A DNA stretch of 62,922 nucleotides from an uncultured Chromatiales bacterium (GTDB taxonomy: Bacteria > Pseudomonadota > Gammaproteobacteria > Poriferisulfidales > Oxydemutatoraceae): the NCBI GenBank assembly GCA_964347615.1, contig CAYFZO010000012.1, forward strand, positions 1-62,922. The letters run 5' to 3'. The notes beneath the pieces were generated by a model that did no database searches, was not told the origin of the DNA, and was given only the letters and a program-made list of their open reading frames with translations. This document shows positions 40,984 through 55,102 of this stretch, piece after piece. The position numbers and the translations under genes were made by a program. Position 1 is the stretch's first letter. Every line of letters begins with the position of its first letter.

Positions 40984-41859
40984 ATGATCACAATCGCCCC
41001 CCCCCCGATACTTGTCTTGATCGCCGCCGTCGTGCTCGGTCTCGTGGTCGGCAGCTTTCTCAACGTCGTCATCCGCCGCCTGCCGAAGATCCTCAAATAC
41101 CGCTGGCTGCAGGAATCCGCCGAAACGCTTGCCGAAACGGGAAAAGAAGTCCTGATGGACGACTCTCCGATCCCGCCGTCGCTCTCGCTGCCGCCTTCCC
41201 ACTGCCCCACGTGCAAACAATACCTTAAGCCGCTGCATAAAATTCCGGTGCTGAGTTACATCCTGTTGCGGGGACGCTGCGGGTTTTGCCGATCACCGAT
41301 CGGCAAACAATATCCGGTGGTCGAACTGCTCGCGCTGGGTGCGGCGGTTGTCGTCGCGGCACACTTCGGCGCAAGCTTCCAAGGCCTGGCCGCGCTGGCG
41401 TTCAGTTGGATTTTGATCGCCTTGGCGTTTATAGACTACAACGAACAGTTGCTGCCCGACGAACTCACCTTAGGACTGATGTGGATCGGGCTCACCGCCA
41501 ACGCTTTCGGTTTGTTCACCGACGTGGCTTCCGCCGTGTTCGGCGCGGGCTCGGGTTATGCCTTGTTATGGCTGATTTACCAAGGCATGAGGCTCGTGAC
41601 CGGGCGGCACGGCCTGGGGTACGGCGACATGAAGCTGCTCGCCGCAATCGGCGCTTGGTTCGGATGGGAAATCCTGCCTTTCATCCTGTTGGCGGCGTCG
41701 CTTCTCGCGCTTGCGGCCAGCGCGGCCATGCTCGTCGCGCGTAAAATGAAAAAAGAAGAACTGATACCTTTCGGTCCTTACTTGTCCGCGGCGGCGTGGT
41801 TGTTCTTCGTTTATCTTTTCATCCTTGAACGTGAGTGGAAGTTCGCATCGAACCTTTAG
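40984..41859 (+). CDS. pilD: Prepilin peptidase/N-methyltransferase
   Basis: GSFLNVVI, SHCPTC...GRCGFC, FIDY..LLPD, GYGDMKL, PFGPYL. Confidence 0.95.
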   Translation: MITIAPPPILVLIAAVVLGLVVGSFLNVVIRRLPKILKYRWLQESAETLAETGKEVLMDDSPIPPSLSLPPSHCPTCKQYLKPLHKIPVLSYILLRGRCGFCRSPIGKQYPVVELLALGAAVVVAAHFGASFQGLAALAFSWILIALAFIDYNEQLLPDELTLGLMWIGLTANAFGLFTDVASAVFGAGSGYALLWLIYQGMRLVTGRHGLGYGDMKLLAAIGAWFGWEILPFILLAASLLALAASAAMLVARKMKKEELIPFGPYLSAAAWLFFVYLFILEREWKFASNL

Positions 41860-41893
41860 CTCTCGGCAACCCCGCTACGAATACACGCTGAAA

Positions 41894-42502
41894 ATGATCA
41901 AGGTAGGACTCACCGGCGGCATCGGTTCGGGCAAAAGCTTGGCGTGTGAGATATTCGAATCGCTCGGCGTGCCGGTAATCGACGCGGATAAGATCTCCCG
42001 CCGGCTCACCGCCCCCGGCAGCTCCTACCTGGATACGATTCGCGGTATTTTCGGCGAACGCGTGATCGACGCCGAAGGCGCCCTCAGGCGCGACGAGCTC
42101 AGACGCATCGTCTTCTCGGACGACGCAAGAAAAAAACGTCTCGAAGACCTCCTGCACCCGGCGGTGAAAGAGGAAATACAAAACGCCCTCGCCCGTTTGC
42201 ACGCGCCGTACTGCGTCGTCAGCGTGCCCCTGCTGATCGAAAGCGGGTTCTCGGATCTCGTTGACGTGACGGTGGTATTGGATTGTCCGGCGTCCCTGCA
42301 GATCGAGCGCGTCGGGAAAAGAAGCGGGTTCAGCCGAACCGAAACCCTTGCGGTCATTGAAAAACAGGCGTCCCGCGAGCAAAGGCTGGCGGCGGCCGAC
42401 GTTGTTATTGATAATAGCGGGAATCAGGGCACACTGAAAAAACGGCTGGAATCGCTGCACGCAACCCTGATGCGCAGAGCGGCGGACAAAGCGGTGCAGT
42501 AA
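41894..42502 (+). CDS. coaE: Dephospho-CoA kinase
   Basis: MIKVGLTGGIGSGKS, IDAD, VPLLIE; ATG at 41894. Confidence 0.95.
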   Translation: MIKVGLTGGIGSGKSLACEIFESLGVPVIDADKISRRLTAPGSSYLDTIRGIFGERVIDAEGALRRDELRRIVFSDDARKKRLEDLLHPAVKEEIQNALARLHAPYCVVSVPLLIESGFSDLVDVTVVLDCPASLQIERVGKRSGFSRTETLAVIEKQASREQRLAAADVVIDNSGNQGTLKKRLESLHATLMRRAADKAVQ

Positions 42503-42525
42503 AACACGCAACTTGACGGACACGC

Positions 42526-43293
42526 ATGGGCGAATCACGCATCATATACGAGTTCCCGATCACCAACCGGGCGCGGTCTTTCTTGCGCTTCGAATACCTG
42601 ATAGACAAGGTCGAATCCTCGATGAACGGGAGAAACAACTCCATTGAAACCATCCAGACGCTGCACGAACTGCTTGAACTGGCACGCTACAACGACATAA
42701 AAAGCGAGCTGCTGCGCCACATTAGATGGCAGGAACAAAAGCTCCTGGAACTCTCGAACGACCCGCCGGTGAACCAAGACAAGCTATCCCGGCTGGTCGA
42801 GGAGAAGCAACAAATAATCAAAGACCTGCACGAGTTCAACCTGCCGACGTCGGACTACGCAAACAATCACTTCCTTAATTCGACGAAACTCAGGCTCAGC
42901 GTCCCGGGCGGCACCTGCAGCTTCGACCTGCCGCAGCTGCACGCGTGGTTGCACTTCAGCGACGACGCCAAACACAAAGAGCTCGAAACTTGGATCAAGC
43001 CGTTCCGCCGACTCAAGGAGGCGCTTCAGAACACCCTGTCGCTGACCCGCATGAGTGCGGAATTCTCACGGGAAACCGCCGAAAACGGGCATTACATCAA
43101 CAAATCCCTGCCCGGCAAGCATCCGTACTGCATGATCAGGATCGCAACCGAGAACATCCCGGAGATTTACCCCGAAGTCAGCTCGGGGCCGAGCCACTTC
43201 ACGGTCTACTTCTTCACAATCGAAACTTTGGACGTGCGCCCCTGCCAAACGCGCCAAGACGTGCCGTTTGAGCTGGCTTGCTGCGCCTTGTAA
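42526..43293 (+). CDS. zapD: Cell division protein ZapD
   Basis: YEFPITNRARSFLRFE, RLSVPGGTCSFDLP, YPEVSSG, VPFELACC; follows coaE. Confidence 0.9.
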   Translation: MGESRIIYEFPITNRARSFLRFEYLIDKVESSMNGRNNSIETIQTLHELLELARYNDIKSELLRHIRWQEQKLLELSNDPPVNQDKLSRLVEEKQQIIKDLHEFNLPTSDYANNHFLNSTKLRLSVPGGTCSFDLPQLHAWLHFSDDAKHKELETWIKPFRRLKEALQNTLSLTRMSAEFSRETAENGHYINKSLPGKHPYCMIRIATENIPEIYPEVSSGPSHFTVYFFTIETLDVRPCQTRQDVPFELACCAL

Positions 43294-43493
43294 ATCGCAC
43301 GGCTTGCGCGCTCGTTTCGACGCACGCCGGTAAACGCGACAAGCTCGTCGGCGCTGAAGGCAAGCCCAAACCGGTTTTTTCGGAGAAACAAACGGCACGG
43401 CCGGCGGGTTTCGGCAAAGGCGTGCAAAGGCATACAAGGGGGGCAGGATAATCGGAACCGTGGCTCGGTTCCGCCAAAAGACTTCCCGGACGC

Positions 43494-44696
43494 TTACGCC
43501 GACGCCGTGACAACGACAACCCGGCAAAAACGCCGCTTGCCGACTTGGACGACGTAATCGCCGCCCGGAGCAAGCCTGAGGTTGCGGTCCTCGACGCGCG
43601 CGCCGTCCACTTTCACCCCGCCCTGCTGAACCATGCGTATCGCCTCGGCGGTCGAAGGCGTCAAACCCGCCGATTTCAGCGCTTTCACCAGAAGCAAGCC
43701 TTCTTCGCCCGCCTTCAGCCGGCACACGGCCAAGTCGTCGGGCACGTCGCCGCGACGAAAGCGCGCGTCGAAATCCAAAGCCGCGGCTTCGGCGGCTTCC
43801 GCTCCGTGAAAGCGCGCGACAAGCTCTCCGGCGAGCGCCGCTTTCGCGTCACGCGGATTATCCGCCCGCTTAATCGCGTCGATCTCACCGCTTGACTTGA
43901 AACTCAGCAATTCGTAGTAACGCCACATCAAATCATCGGACACCGACATAATCTTGCCGAACATTTCATTCGGCGGGTCGTTGACGCCGACGTAGTTGCC
44001 CAAGGATTTCGACATTTTCTGCACCCCGTCGAGTCCTTCCAGAATCGGCATGGTCATGATGATCTGCGGCGCCTGACCGTAGTCTTTCTGCAATTTCCGC
44101 CCGACCAGCAAATTGAACTTCTGATCGGTCCCGCCGAGCTCGACGTCGGCTTTCATCACCACCGAGTCGTAACCCTGAATCAAGGGGTACAGAAACTCGT
44201 GCACCCCGATCGGCTGCCCTTCGGTGTAGCGTTTGCTGAAGTCGTCACGCTCAAGCATCCGCGCGACCGTATATTTCGACGCGAGCCCGACCAAATCCCG
44301 CGAGCTCATCCCCGACGTCCATTTCGAGTTGAAACAGATTTCGGTTCGGGCGGGATCGAGGATCTTGTAAATCTGCTCCTCGTAGGTTTGCGCGTTGGCC
44401 TTGACCTCCTCCGCAGTCAGCGGAGCACGCGTCACGTTGCGTCCGCTGGGGTCGCCAATCATGCCGGTAAAATCGCCGATGAGAAACTTGACCGCGTGCC
44501 CGCGTACTTGAAATTCCCGCAACTTGTTAATCAGCACGGTGTGCCCCAAGTGCAGGTCAGGCGCGGTCGGGTCGAAACCGGCCTTGACCACCAGCGGCCT
44601 GTCTGCACGCAACCGCGCCTCGAGTTCCTCGGGCTGGAGGACTTCCTCGGCTCCGCGGATGAGCTCTTCGATACCGCCGTTTGATGATACGTTCAT
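43494..44696 (-). CDS. tyrS: Tyrosine--tRNA ligase
   Basis: [19 protein letters not shown]-terminal S4 domain; ATG at 44696. Confidence 0.96.
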   Translation of the reverse strand: MNVSSNGGIEELIRGAEEVLQPEELEARLRADRPLVVKAGFDPTAPDLHLGHTVLINKLREFQVRGHAVKFLIGDFTGMIGDPSGRNVTRAPLTAEEVKANAQTYEEQIYKILDPARTEICFNSKWTSGMSSRDLVGLASKYTVARMLERDDFSKRYTEGQPIGVHEFLYPLIQGYDSVVMKADVELGGTDQKFNLLVGRKLQKDYGQAPQIIMTMPILEGLDGVQKMSKSLGNYVGVNDPPNEMFGKIMSVSDDLMWRYYELLSFKSSGEIDAIKRADNPRDAKAALAGELVARFHGAEAAEAAALDFDARFRRGDVPDDLAVCRLKAGEEGLLLVKALKSAGLTPSTAEAIRMVQQGGVKVDGARVEDRNLRLAPGGDYVVQVGKRRFCRVVVVTASA

Positions 44697-44943
44697 AAAC
44701 GTCTTTCCGCGGCAACCGAACCGACGCCGCGACCTATTTGTTTCTTGCAACTCCCTTCAGGCCGGCAACGCGCAAACGGCGCCGCGAATCCCCCGCGCCC
44801 GTCCACGTTGCCGTCGCGCCGATTGGCGCGGCGAATCGTGAACAACTTCGCACCGCGGCAATCGAATTCCCCGCTTTTGGATTGCTGCGTTCAATTTTGG
44901 CATAATAGCCGCAATTTAGCCGAACCGGCAAAACCTCGGTTTG

Positions 44944-46431
44944 ATGGATTCAAAGGACTCGACATACTCCCAAGGGCTCAGGCTTCGTTGGGGGACGCTG
45001 TTGTTCGCCGCGCTGGTGGTGTTCGTGCTGCTGGCCAACGCGCGCCAGACCCGGCCGGTGCCGGAACCGACCCCGGAACCGACAACGGCGCAAGCATCCG
45101 AAGCCGTCGCGTTCGCGGAACCCGAGCTCGGAGAAACGTCGTTGCGCAAAGACCCACCGCCCTCGATCGAAAAAGCCGCACCGCCCATAACCTCAGATGC
45201 AACCTCAGACGTAAGCGCAGATACAACCCCGGATATAAACCCAAGTAGAAACCCAGATATAAACCCCGGTATAAACCTCGGGACCGATCCCGCGCCCGAC
45301 GGAAACACCGGCACCGGCTGCGCCGCGGCGACGGACTGCGTCAAGATGCTCGTCGGACGGGGGGACACCCTGTCGGGCATCCTCGACCGTTTCAGCGTAC
45401 ATTCCTCGCTGGGCGGCCTGCTGAAGATAAGAAAGAAAATCGCGCCGTTGATGCACCTCAGGCCGGGCAACCCGATGCACCTCGGCATCAAGGACGGCAA
45501 ACTGATCTCGCTGACTTACGAACGCAGCCCCATCGAGCACCTCGAAATCACGCTTGACGGCGAAAACTACGCCGTTGCAAACCGAGTCCTGCAGATCGAG
45601 AAACAAGAAACCTACGCTCTCGGCGCGGTCAACAGCTCGTTTTATCGAGCCGGTATTGAAGCGGGACTGTCGGACAAGATCATCATCGAAATCGCCAACA
45701 TCCTGGGATGGGACATAGATTTCGTGCTCGACGTACGTCAAGGCGATCAGTTCTCGGTGGCCTACGACGAGGAATTCCTGAACGGCGAGAAGCTGCGCGA
45801 CGGACGGATTCACGCCGTTGAATTCATCAACGCCGGCAAAACCTACCGGGCACTGTGGTACACCGACGCCGACGGCAAGTCGGATTACTTCTCCCCCGAG
45901 GGCAAAAGCATGCGCAAGCCGTTTCTCAGAAACCCGATCGAATACGCGCGGGTCAGCTCCCATTTCAACCCGAGACGATTGCACCCGATTTTCAAAACCG
46001 TGCGCCCGCACCGCGGCGTGGACTACGCCGCGCCCACCGGTACGCCGATACGCGCTTCGGGCGACGGCAAAGTGTCTTTCGTCGGCACGAAACCAGGCTA
46101 CGGCAACACCATCATCGTCCAGCACGGGCGCGTCTACTCGACGCTTTACGCGCACTTGTCGAAATTCGCCCGCGGACTGCGGCGCGGCAGCCGCGTCCGG
46201 CAAGCGCAAGTCATCGGTTACGTCGGTTCAACCGGCTACTCAACCGGCCCTCACTTGCATTACGAGTTCCGCGTCAACGGTACGCACAAGAATCCGTTGA
46301 CCGTGAAACTTCCGGACTCGACCCCGCTGCCGAAAAGCAAAATGGCGCGTTTCAAACAAGCCGTCGCGCCGGCGCTTGCAAAACTCGACACCTTAAACGG
46401 GGCGTACGTCTCAACAAGCCCACGCCGATAA
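44944..46431 (+). CDS. M23 family murein endopeptidase (MepM/OapA-like)
   Basis: HRGVDYAAP, YAHLS, STGPHLHYEF; N-terminal TM and low-complexity repeat. Confidence 0.92.
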   Translation: MDSKDSTYSQGLRLRWGTLLFAALVVFVLLANARQTRPVPEPTPEPTTAQASEAVAFAEPELGETSLRKDPPPSIEKAAPPITSDATSDVSADTTPDINPSRNPDINPGINLGTDPAPDGNTGTGCAAATDCVKMLVGRGDTLSGILDRFSVHSSLGGLLKIRKKIAPLMHLRPGNPMHLGIKDGKLISLTYERSPIEHLEITLDGENYAVANRVLQIEKQETYALGAVNSSFYRAGIEAGLSDKIIIEIANILGWDIDFVLDVRQGDQFSVAYDEEFLNGEKLRDGRIHAVEFINAGKTYRALWYTDADGKSDYFSPEGKSMRKPFLRNPIEYARVSSHFNPRRLHPIFKTVRPHRGVDYAAPTGTPIRASGDGKVSFVGTKPGYGNTIIVQHGRVYSTLYAHLSKFARGLRRGSRVRQAQVIGYVGSTGYSTGPHLHYEFRVNGTHKNPLTVKLPDSTPLPKSKMARFKQAVAPALAKLDTLNGAYVSTSPRR

Positions 46432-46447
46432 GCGCGTCTTCCGTTTG

Positions 46448-47575
46448 ATGAAAGACGTGTACATCGGCGCACTGTCGGGCACCAGCATGGACGCTCTCGA
46501 CGTCGCCGCGGTGCGATTTCCCCCGCAAGGGCAACCGCGACAAAGCGGCAACCGGATCGAACTGCTGGCCAGCGTGAATCGGGAGATCCCGCAACGACTC
46601 CGCGACCGCCTGCTCGCCCTGCAGAAAGAGAACGTCACGACGCCGCAGCAGGCTGCGACCGAACACGAAACGCTCGGGCGGCTGTTCGCCGACGCAATCA
46701 AGCACCTGATCCGGCGGCATTTGCAGGCCGAAACCATCCGCGCGGTCGGTTTGCACGGGCAGACCGTGCTGCACCGCCCCGACGCCGACCCTCCATTCAC
46801 GCTGCAAATCGGCGACCCTGGCGTCGTCGCCGAACGGACCGGCTGCATCACCGTCTCAGACTTCCGCCACGCCGACCTCGCCGCCGGCGGCCAAGGCGCA
46901 CCACTGGCGCCGGCTTTTCACGACGCTTTCTTCTCCGAGGCCGGAGAAACCCGGGCCGTGGTCAACGTCGGCGGCATCTCAAACGTCACTTGGCTTGAAA
47001 GCGACGGCGGCTACAGCGGTTACGACTGCGGCCCCGGCAACATACTGCTCGACGTTTGGAACCGGCGGCATCGCCGTACCGCGTACGACCGCGACGGCGA
47101 GTGGGCACGCTCGGGAGTCTGCGACGATTCACTGCTCGCACGGATGCTCGAAGACGAGTTCTTCACGCGCCCCCCGCCGAAAAGCGTCTGTGCAAGCCGC
47201 TTCGATCCGTCGTGGCTCGAAAAAAAAATGACGGCGCACAAGCACCTCAAGCCGGAAGACGTACAAGCCAGCTTGACCGAACTGAGCGCACGTTGCATCG
47301 CCGGCGCGGTACGTGCTCATTCGCAAGCACCGGCGCGCGTCCTGATCTGCGGCGGCGGCGCACACAACGATTATCTGATGGAGCGCTTGCGCTCGCTGCT
47401 CACAACGTTGATCGAAGACACCGGCGCGGTGGGACTTTCACCGGATTGGGTCGAGGCCTCGGGGTTCGCGTATCTCGCCCGCCGGCGTCTCGACGGCGAA
47501 ACCACCGACCTGCGTTTGGTCACCGGCGCACGTAAACCCGTCGTCCTCGGCGTGATCTACCCACCCTCTTCATGA
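46448..47575 (+). CDS. anmK: Anhydro-N-acetylmuramic acid kinase
   Basis: [36 protein letters not shown]. Confidence 0.95.
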   Translation: MKDVYIGALSGTSMDALDVAAVRFPPQGQPRQSGNRIELLASVNREIPQRLRDRLLALQKENVTTPQQAATEHETLGRLFADAIKHLIRRHLQAETIRAVGLHGQTVLHRPDADPPFTLQIGDPGVVAERTGCITVSDFRHADLAAGGQGAPLAPAFHDAFFSEAGETRAVVNVGGISNVTWLESDGGYSGYDCGPGNILLDVWNRRHRRTAYDRDGEWARSGVCDDSLLARMLEDEFFTRPPPKSVCASRFDPSWLEKKMTAHKHLKPEDVQASLTELSARCIAGAVRAHSQAPARVLICGGGAHNDYLMERLRSLLTTLIEDTGAVGLSPDWVEASGFAYLARRRLDGETTDLRLVTGARKPVVLGVIYPPSS

Positions 47576-47697
47576 CCCCGCAGGACGCGGCGTCTCCCAC
47601 GCGAAGCCGGAATACACCGAAAGAGAGACCAACCATACGGCGGCGGGCGTGCTACAATTCAAGGAGTGAAAATTCCATACAAGGAGCAATTGATTCC

Positions 47698-48087
47698 ATG
47701 AGCGCAACACCTCAGACGACAACCGACACAGAGAAAAAAGCGGCGACCGGAGCACCGCCGGAGCCTTTGATCTTCACCGACTCGGCCGCGACCAAGGTCA
47801 AGGCGCTGATCGAAGAAGAAAAGAACGACAAGCTCAAGCTGCGCGTCTTCGTCAGCGGCGGCGGCTGTTCCGGGTTTCAATACGGTTTCACTTTCGATGA
47901 AAACGAGCAGGACGGCGACACCAAGATCGAGAAGAACGGCGTTACCCTGCTGGTCGACCCGATGAGTTTCCAATACCTTGTCGGCGCCGAAATAGACTAT
48001 ACCGAAGGGCTTGAAGGCGCACAGTTCATTATCCGCAACCCGAACGCCACGACCACCTGCGGCTGCGGCTCTTCATTCTCCCCCTGA
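47698..48087 (+). CDS. erpA: Fe-S cluster insertion protein ErpA
   Basis: [11 protein letters not shown] and [14 protein letters not shown]; ATG at 47698 after AAGGAG. Confidence 0.93.
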   Translation: MSATPQTTTDTEKKAATGAPPEPLIFTDSAATKVKALIEEEKNDKLKLRVFVSGGGCSGFQYGFTFDENEQDGDTKIEKNGVTLLVDPMSFQYLVGAEIDYTEGLEGAQFIIRNPNATTTCGCGSSFSP

Positions 48088-48310
48088 TCCCCGCTTTCCT
48101 CGGCGCATCCCCGGCGCATCCCCGGCGTATTCTAGAAGCACCGGCGCTTTGAGGGTTCAACGCACGCCGGGGCGTACGTCGCCGGATCAAATCGAAAACG
48201 CCGGGTTCAGCCGCAAGCCGAGCCCAGACCTGACGCCCCGCCCCGACACCGACACCCGACAACGCACAAGGGTGCCGGAAGACGCCCGATGAAAGCTTCC
48301 GGCGACGCGG

Positions 48311-49078
48311 TCAATTCCGAGTCGGGCTGCCGTTCTTGGCGAGCAAAGCCGCCCAAGCGTAGGTCTCCTTAACGGGCTTGGATTTCCTTGAATCGACCAC
48401 CACGCTCAGGCGGCTCGGGTTGAACCGCGCGGGCAGGCGCAAAACCCCCTTGAGACGCTGGAAATACTTGAACGAGAATTTGAGTTCATCCTTGAGGAGA
48501 TCATCTCTTACCAACGCTATTCCCGGCAACCCGGTCTCCCCTTCGACCAGAATCTTCACGCTTCCCTTCACCGCGCCTTTCTTCGTGTCGTGATTGCGCA
48601 GAATCACCTCGATCGGATACACCCGTTCCTCTTCGCTCCGACCGACGTTCACGGAAAATATCGAGAGGTCTTTTCCGCCTTCCTCCGGTGCGACCACCGT
48701 CCGGTAAAAGTACAGATGTTCCTCAAGCTCCTTGATCCTGCGGTCTTTCTCGTACAGATATTCCTTCATCTTCTCCGCCGCCTTGTCCTCGACCTCGACC
48801 CAGCGTTGCAACGCCGAAAAGCGCGCGGGCCAATCAACTCCTTCGTAAGGCAAATTGTAACGCTTGCTCATCTGCTCAAAGTCTCCCATCAAATCATCAA
48901 AGCGGTGTTGGGAGTAAAAGTAGCCTCCGGCAAAGAAAGCCGCGGTCCATGACACCACGATCAACGCCGCAAGAGCGCGCGTAAAAAGCTTGCTGGAACG
49001 GATGTAAAACCAAACAAGGCTTGGCCAAGCGGCGATCTGAAATTTGAGGTACGCGCCCTTGGACGCAAGCCGCTTCAT
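48311..49078 (-). CDS. Membrane-anchored coiled-coil protein, probably DUF6776 family
   Basis: N-terminal TM, coiled coil ending HLYFYRTVVAP, FSFKYFQRLKG..LPARFNP; overlaps the argC stop. Confidence 0.6.
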   Translation of the reverse strand: MKRLASKGAYLKFQIAAWPSLVWFYIRSSKLFTRALAALIVVSWTAAFFAGGYFYSQHRFDDLMGDFEQMSKRYNLPYEGVDWPARFSALQRWVEVEDKAAEKMKEYLYEKDRRIKELEEHLYFYRTVVAPEEGGKDLSIFSVNVGRSEEERVYPIEVILRNHDTKKGAVKGSVKILVEGETGLPGIALVRDDLLKDELKFSFKYFQRLKGVLRLPARFNPSRLSVVVDSRKSKPVKETYAWAALLAKNGSPTRN

Positions 49079-50106
49079 GGCAGGGATGCAACGGCGGCGA
49101 GTCCCGCGGTCTCGTCGAAACCGAACATGAGGTTCATGTTCTGCACGGCTTGCCCTGCCGCCCCCTTGACGAGGTTGTCGATAACCACCAGCACTTTCGC
49201 AATTTCCGAGTCTTGCGGCTTGTGCACCGCAACGTGACAGTCGTTGACGCCGCGCACCGCGCGTATCTGCGGGTGAGAACCGGCTTTCAGCACCGTCACG
49301 AAAGGCTCACCCGCATAGGCGTCCTCGAACAAGGCTTGCAGCTGCGCCTGCGACAGAGAGGTTCTGCAATAAAGCGTCGAATGAATCCCTCTGACGACCG
49401 GCAATAGGTGCGGCGTGAAACTCAACCCCAGTTTTTTGCCCGCGAATTTCTCAAGGCGAACCTTGATCTCCGGGAAATGCCGGTGCGCGGAAGCTTTGTA
49501 CGCCTTGAAGTTACCGTCGACCTCGGCAGTCGAAAGACCGACGTCGGCGCGACGCCCGGCGCCGCTGACGCCGGACTTCGAATCGGCGACAAGGAAGTCG
49601 CAAGCGATCGCACCGCTCTTGAGCAAAGGATAAAACCCAAGCAACACCGAGGTCGGATAACAACCGGGATTCGCAACCAAGCGCGCGCCGGCAACGTCTT
49701 CCCGGTAGAGTTCGGGCAAACCGTAGACGGCTTCAGAAAGCAGTCGCGGGCAGGCGTGCGGTTCCCCGTACCACTTTTCCCAGAGGGCGGCGTCCGGAAG
49801 CCTGAAATCGGCGGCGAGGTCTATCAGCTTGAGATTCGGGTTTTCCAGCAAAGCCGGTGCCTGTTTCATCGCCACGCCGTTGGGCGTTGCGAAAAACACC
49901 AGGTCCAGTCCCTCGGCCGACTCGAGCTCGGCGCTGAAGCGCAGCTCGCTTTTGCCCTCAAAATTGGGGAATACCTCGGCCAGGGCGCGTCCGGCCTCGC
50001 TGCGCGAATGCACCGTCGCCAGCTCCACTTGAGGATGCCCCAGCAGAAGCCGGACCAACTCCAGACCGGTATAGCCGGCCCCACCGATAACGGCTGCACG
50101 AATCAT
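49075..50106 (-). CDS. argC: N-acetyl-gamma-glutamyl-phosphate reductase
   Basis: GGAGYTGLEL, ANPGCYPT, SGVSGAG, DNLVKGAAGQAVQNMN. Confidence 0.96.
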   Translation of the reverse strand: MIRAAVIGGAGYTGLELVRLLLGHPQVELATVHSRSEAGRALAEVFPNFEGKSELRFSAELESAEGLDLVFFATPNGVAMKQAPALLENPNLKLIDLAADFRLPDAALWEKWYGEPHACPRLLSEAVYGLPELYREDVAGARLVANPGCYPTSVLLGFYPLLKSGAIACDFLVADSKSGVSGAGRRADVGLSTAEVDGNFKAYKASAHRHFPEIKVRLEKFAGKKLGLSFTPHLLPVVRGIHSTLYCRTSLSQAQLQALFEDAYAGEPFVTVLKAGSHPQIRAVRGVNDCHVAVHKPQDSEIAKVLVVIDNLVKGAAGQAVQNMNLMFGFDETAGLAAVASLP

Positions 50107-50333
50107 GGCGTCAAACGTCAAAACAGGTAGTTGCGCTGAAGAAACGGCAGTTTAGCAAAAATGCCCGGCGAAAGACGCCCGATGCACGGCATCCCGAGCA
50201 GACCGAAACACCGGTTCGGCGCACCGGCTCGGCGTACTTGGGGCACGTCCGCCGTACGACGAGCGCGTGATATGATGGCCCGGCTTTTGTTTGCGCCCCG
50301 ACGGCACGAGCCAAGCGGCAACCCAAGCCTCCG

Positions 50334-50768
50334 ATGCTCTGGCTGAAATCATTCCATATCATCTTTGCGGTCACTTGGTTCGCCGGCCTGTTCTACCTGC
50401 CCCGGCTGTTCGTCTATCACAGCATGCTCGACGCAGCCGTCGACAAGGCGGGCGACGAACGCTTCAAGGTCATGGAACGCAAGCTGTTCCGGGGCATCAT
50501 GACGCCGGGCGCGGTCCTGACCGTCGGGTTCGGCGCGTGGATGCTGGCGGCGTCGGGCTGGAGCGCCTATACGTCGCAGGCGTGGATGATCGTCAAGCTC
50601 GTCGTTGCCGCCGCCTTGATCGGCTATCACGCGTGGTGCGGAAAGCTCGTCGGAGATTTTGCGCAGGGCAAAAACCGCCGCAGCCACGTCTGGTACCGAT
50701 GGTTCAACGAAGCACCGACCGTCGCGTTGGTCGCAATCGTGATCCTGGCGGTCGTCAAGCCGTGGTGA
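50334..50768 (+). CDS. hemJ: Protoporphyrinogen oxidase HemJ
   Basis: WLKSFHII..TWFAGLFYLPRLFVYH, MERKL, FNEAP...VVKPW. Confidence 0.93.
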   Translation: MLWLKSFHIIFAVTWFAGLFYLPRLFVYHSMLDAAVDKAGDERFKVMERKLFRGIMTPGAVLTVGFGAWMLAASGWSAYTSQAWMIVKLVVAAALIGYHAWCGKLVGDFAQGKNRRSHVWYRWFNEAPTVALVAIVILAVVKPW

Positions 50769-50837
50769 GAATCGCGCCAATCGAAACCAACCACCGAAAC
50801 CAACTACTTGTGGCCGGCCGAGCCGACCCGGCTTGCT

Positions 50838-55088
<4,251 letters not shown>

Positions 55089-55102
55089 GTCGCCGTCCTC
55101 CG

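Noticed and set aside
47220-47228. A9 run in anmK as a phase-variable tract
   Set aside because: It lies late in a housekeeping gene, encodes ordinary EKKM, and is in frame; weak evidence.
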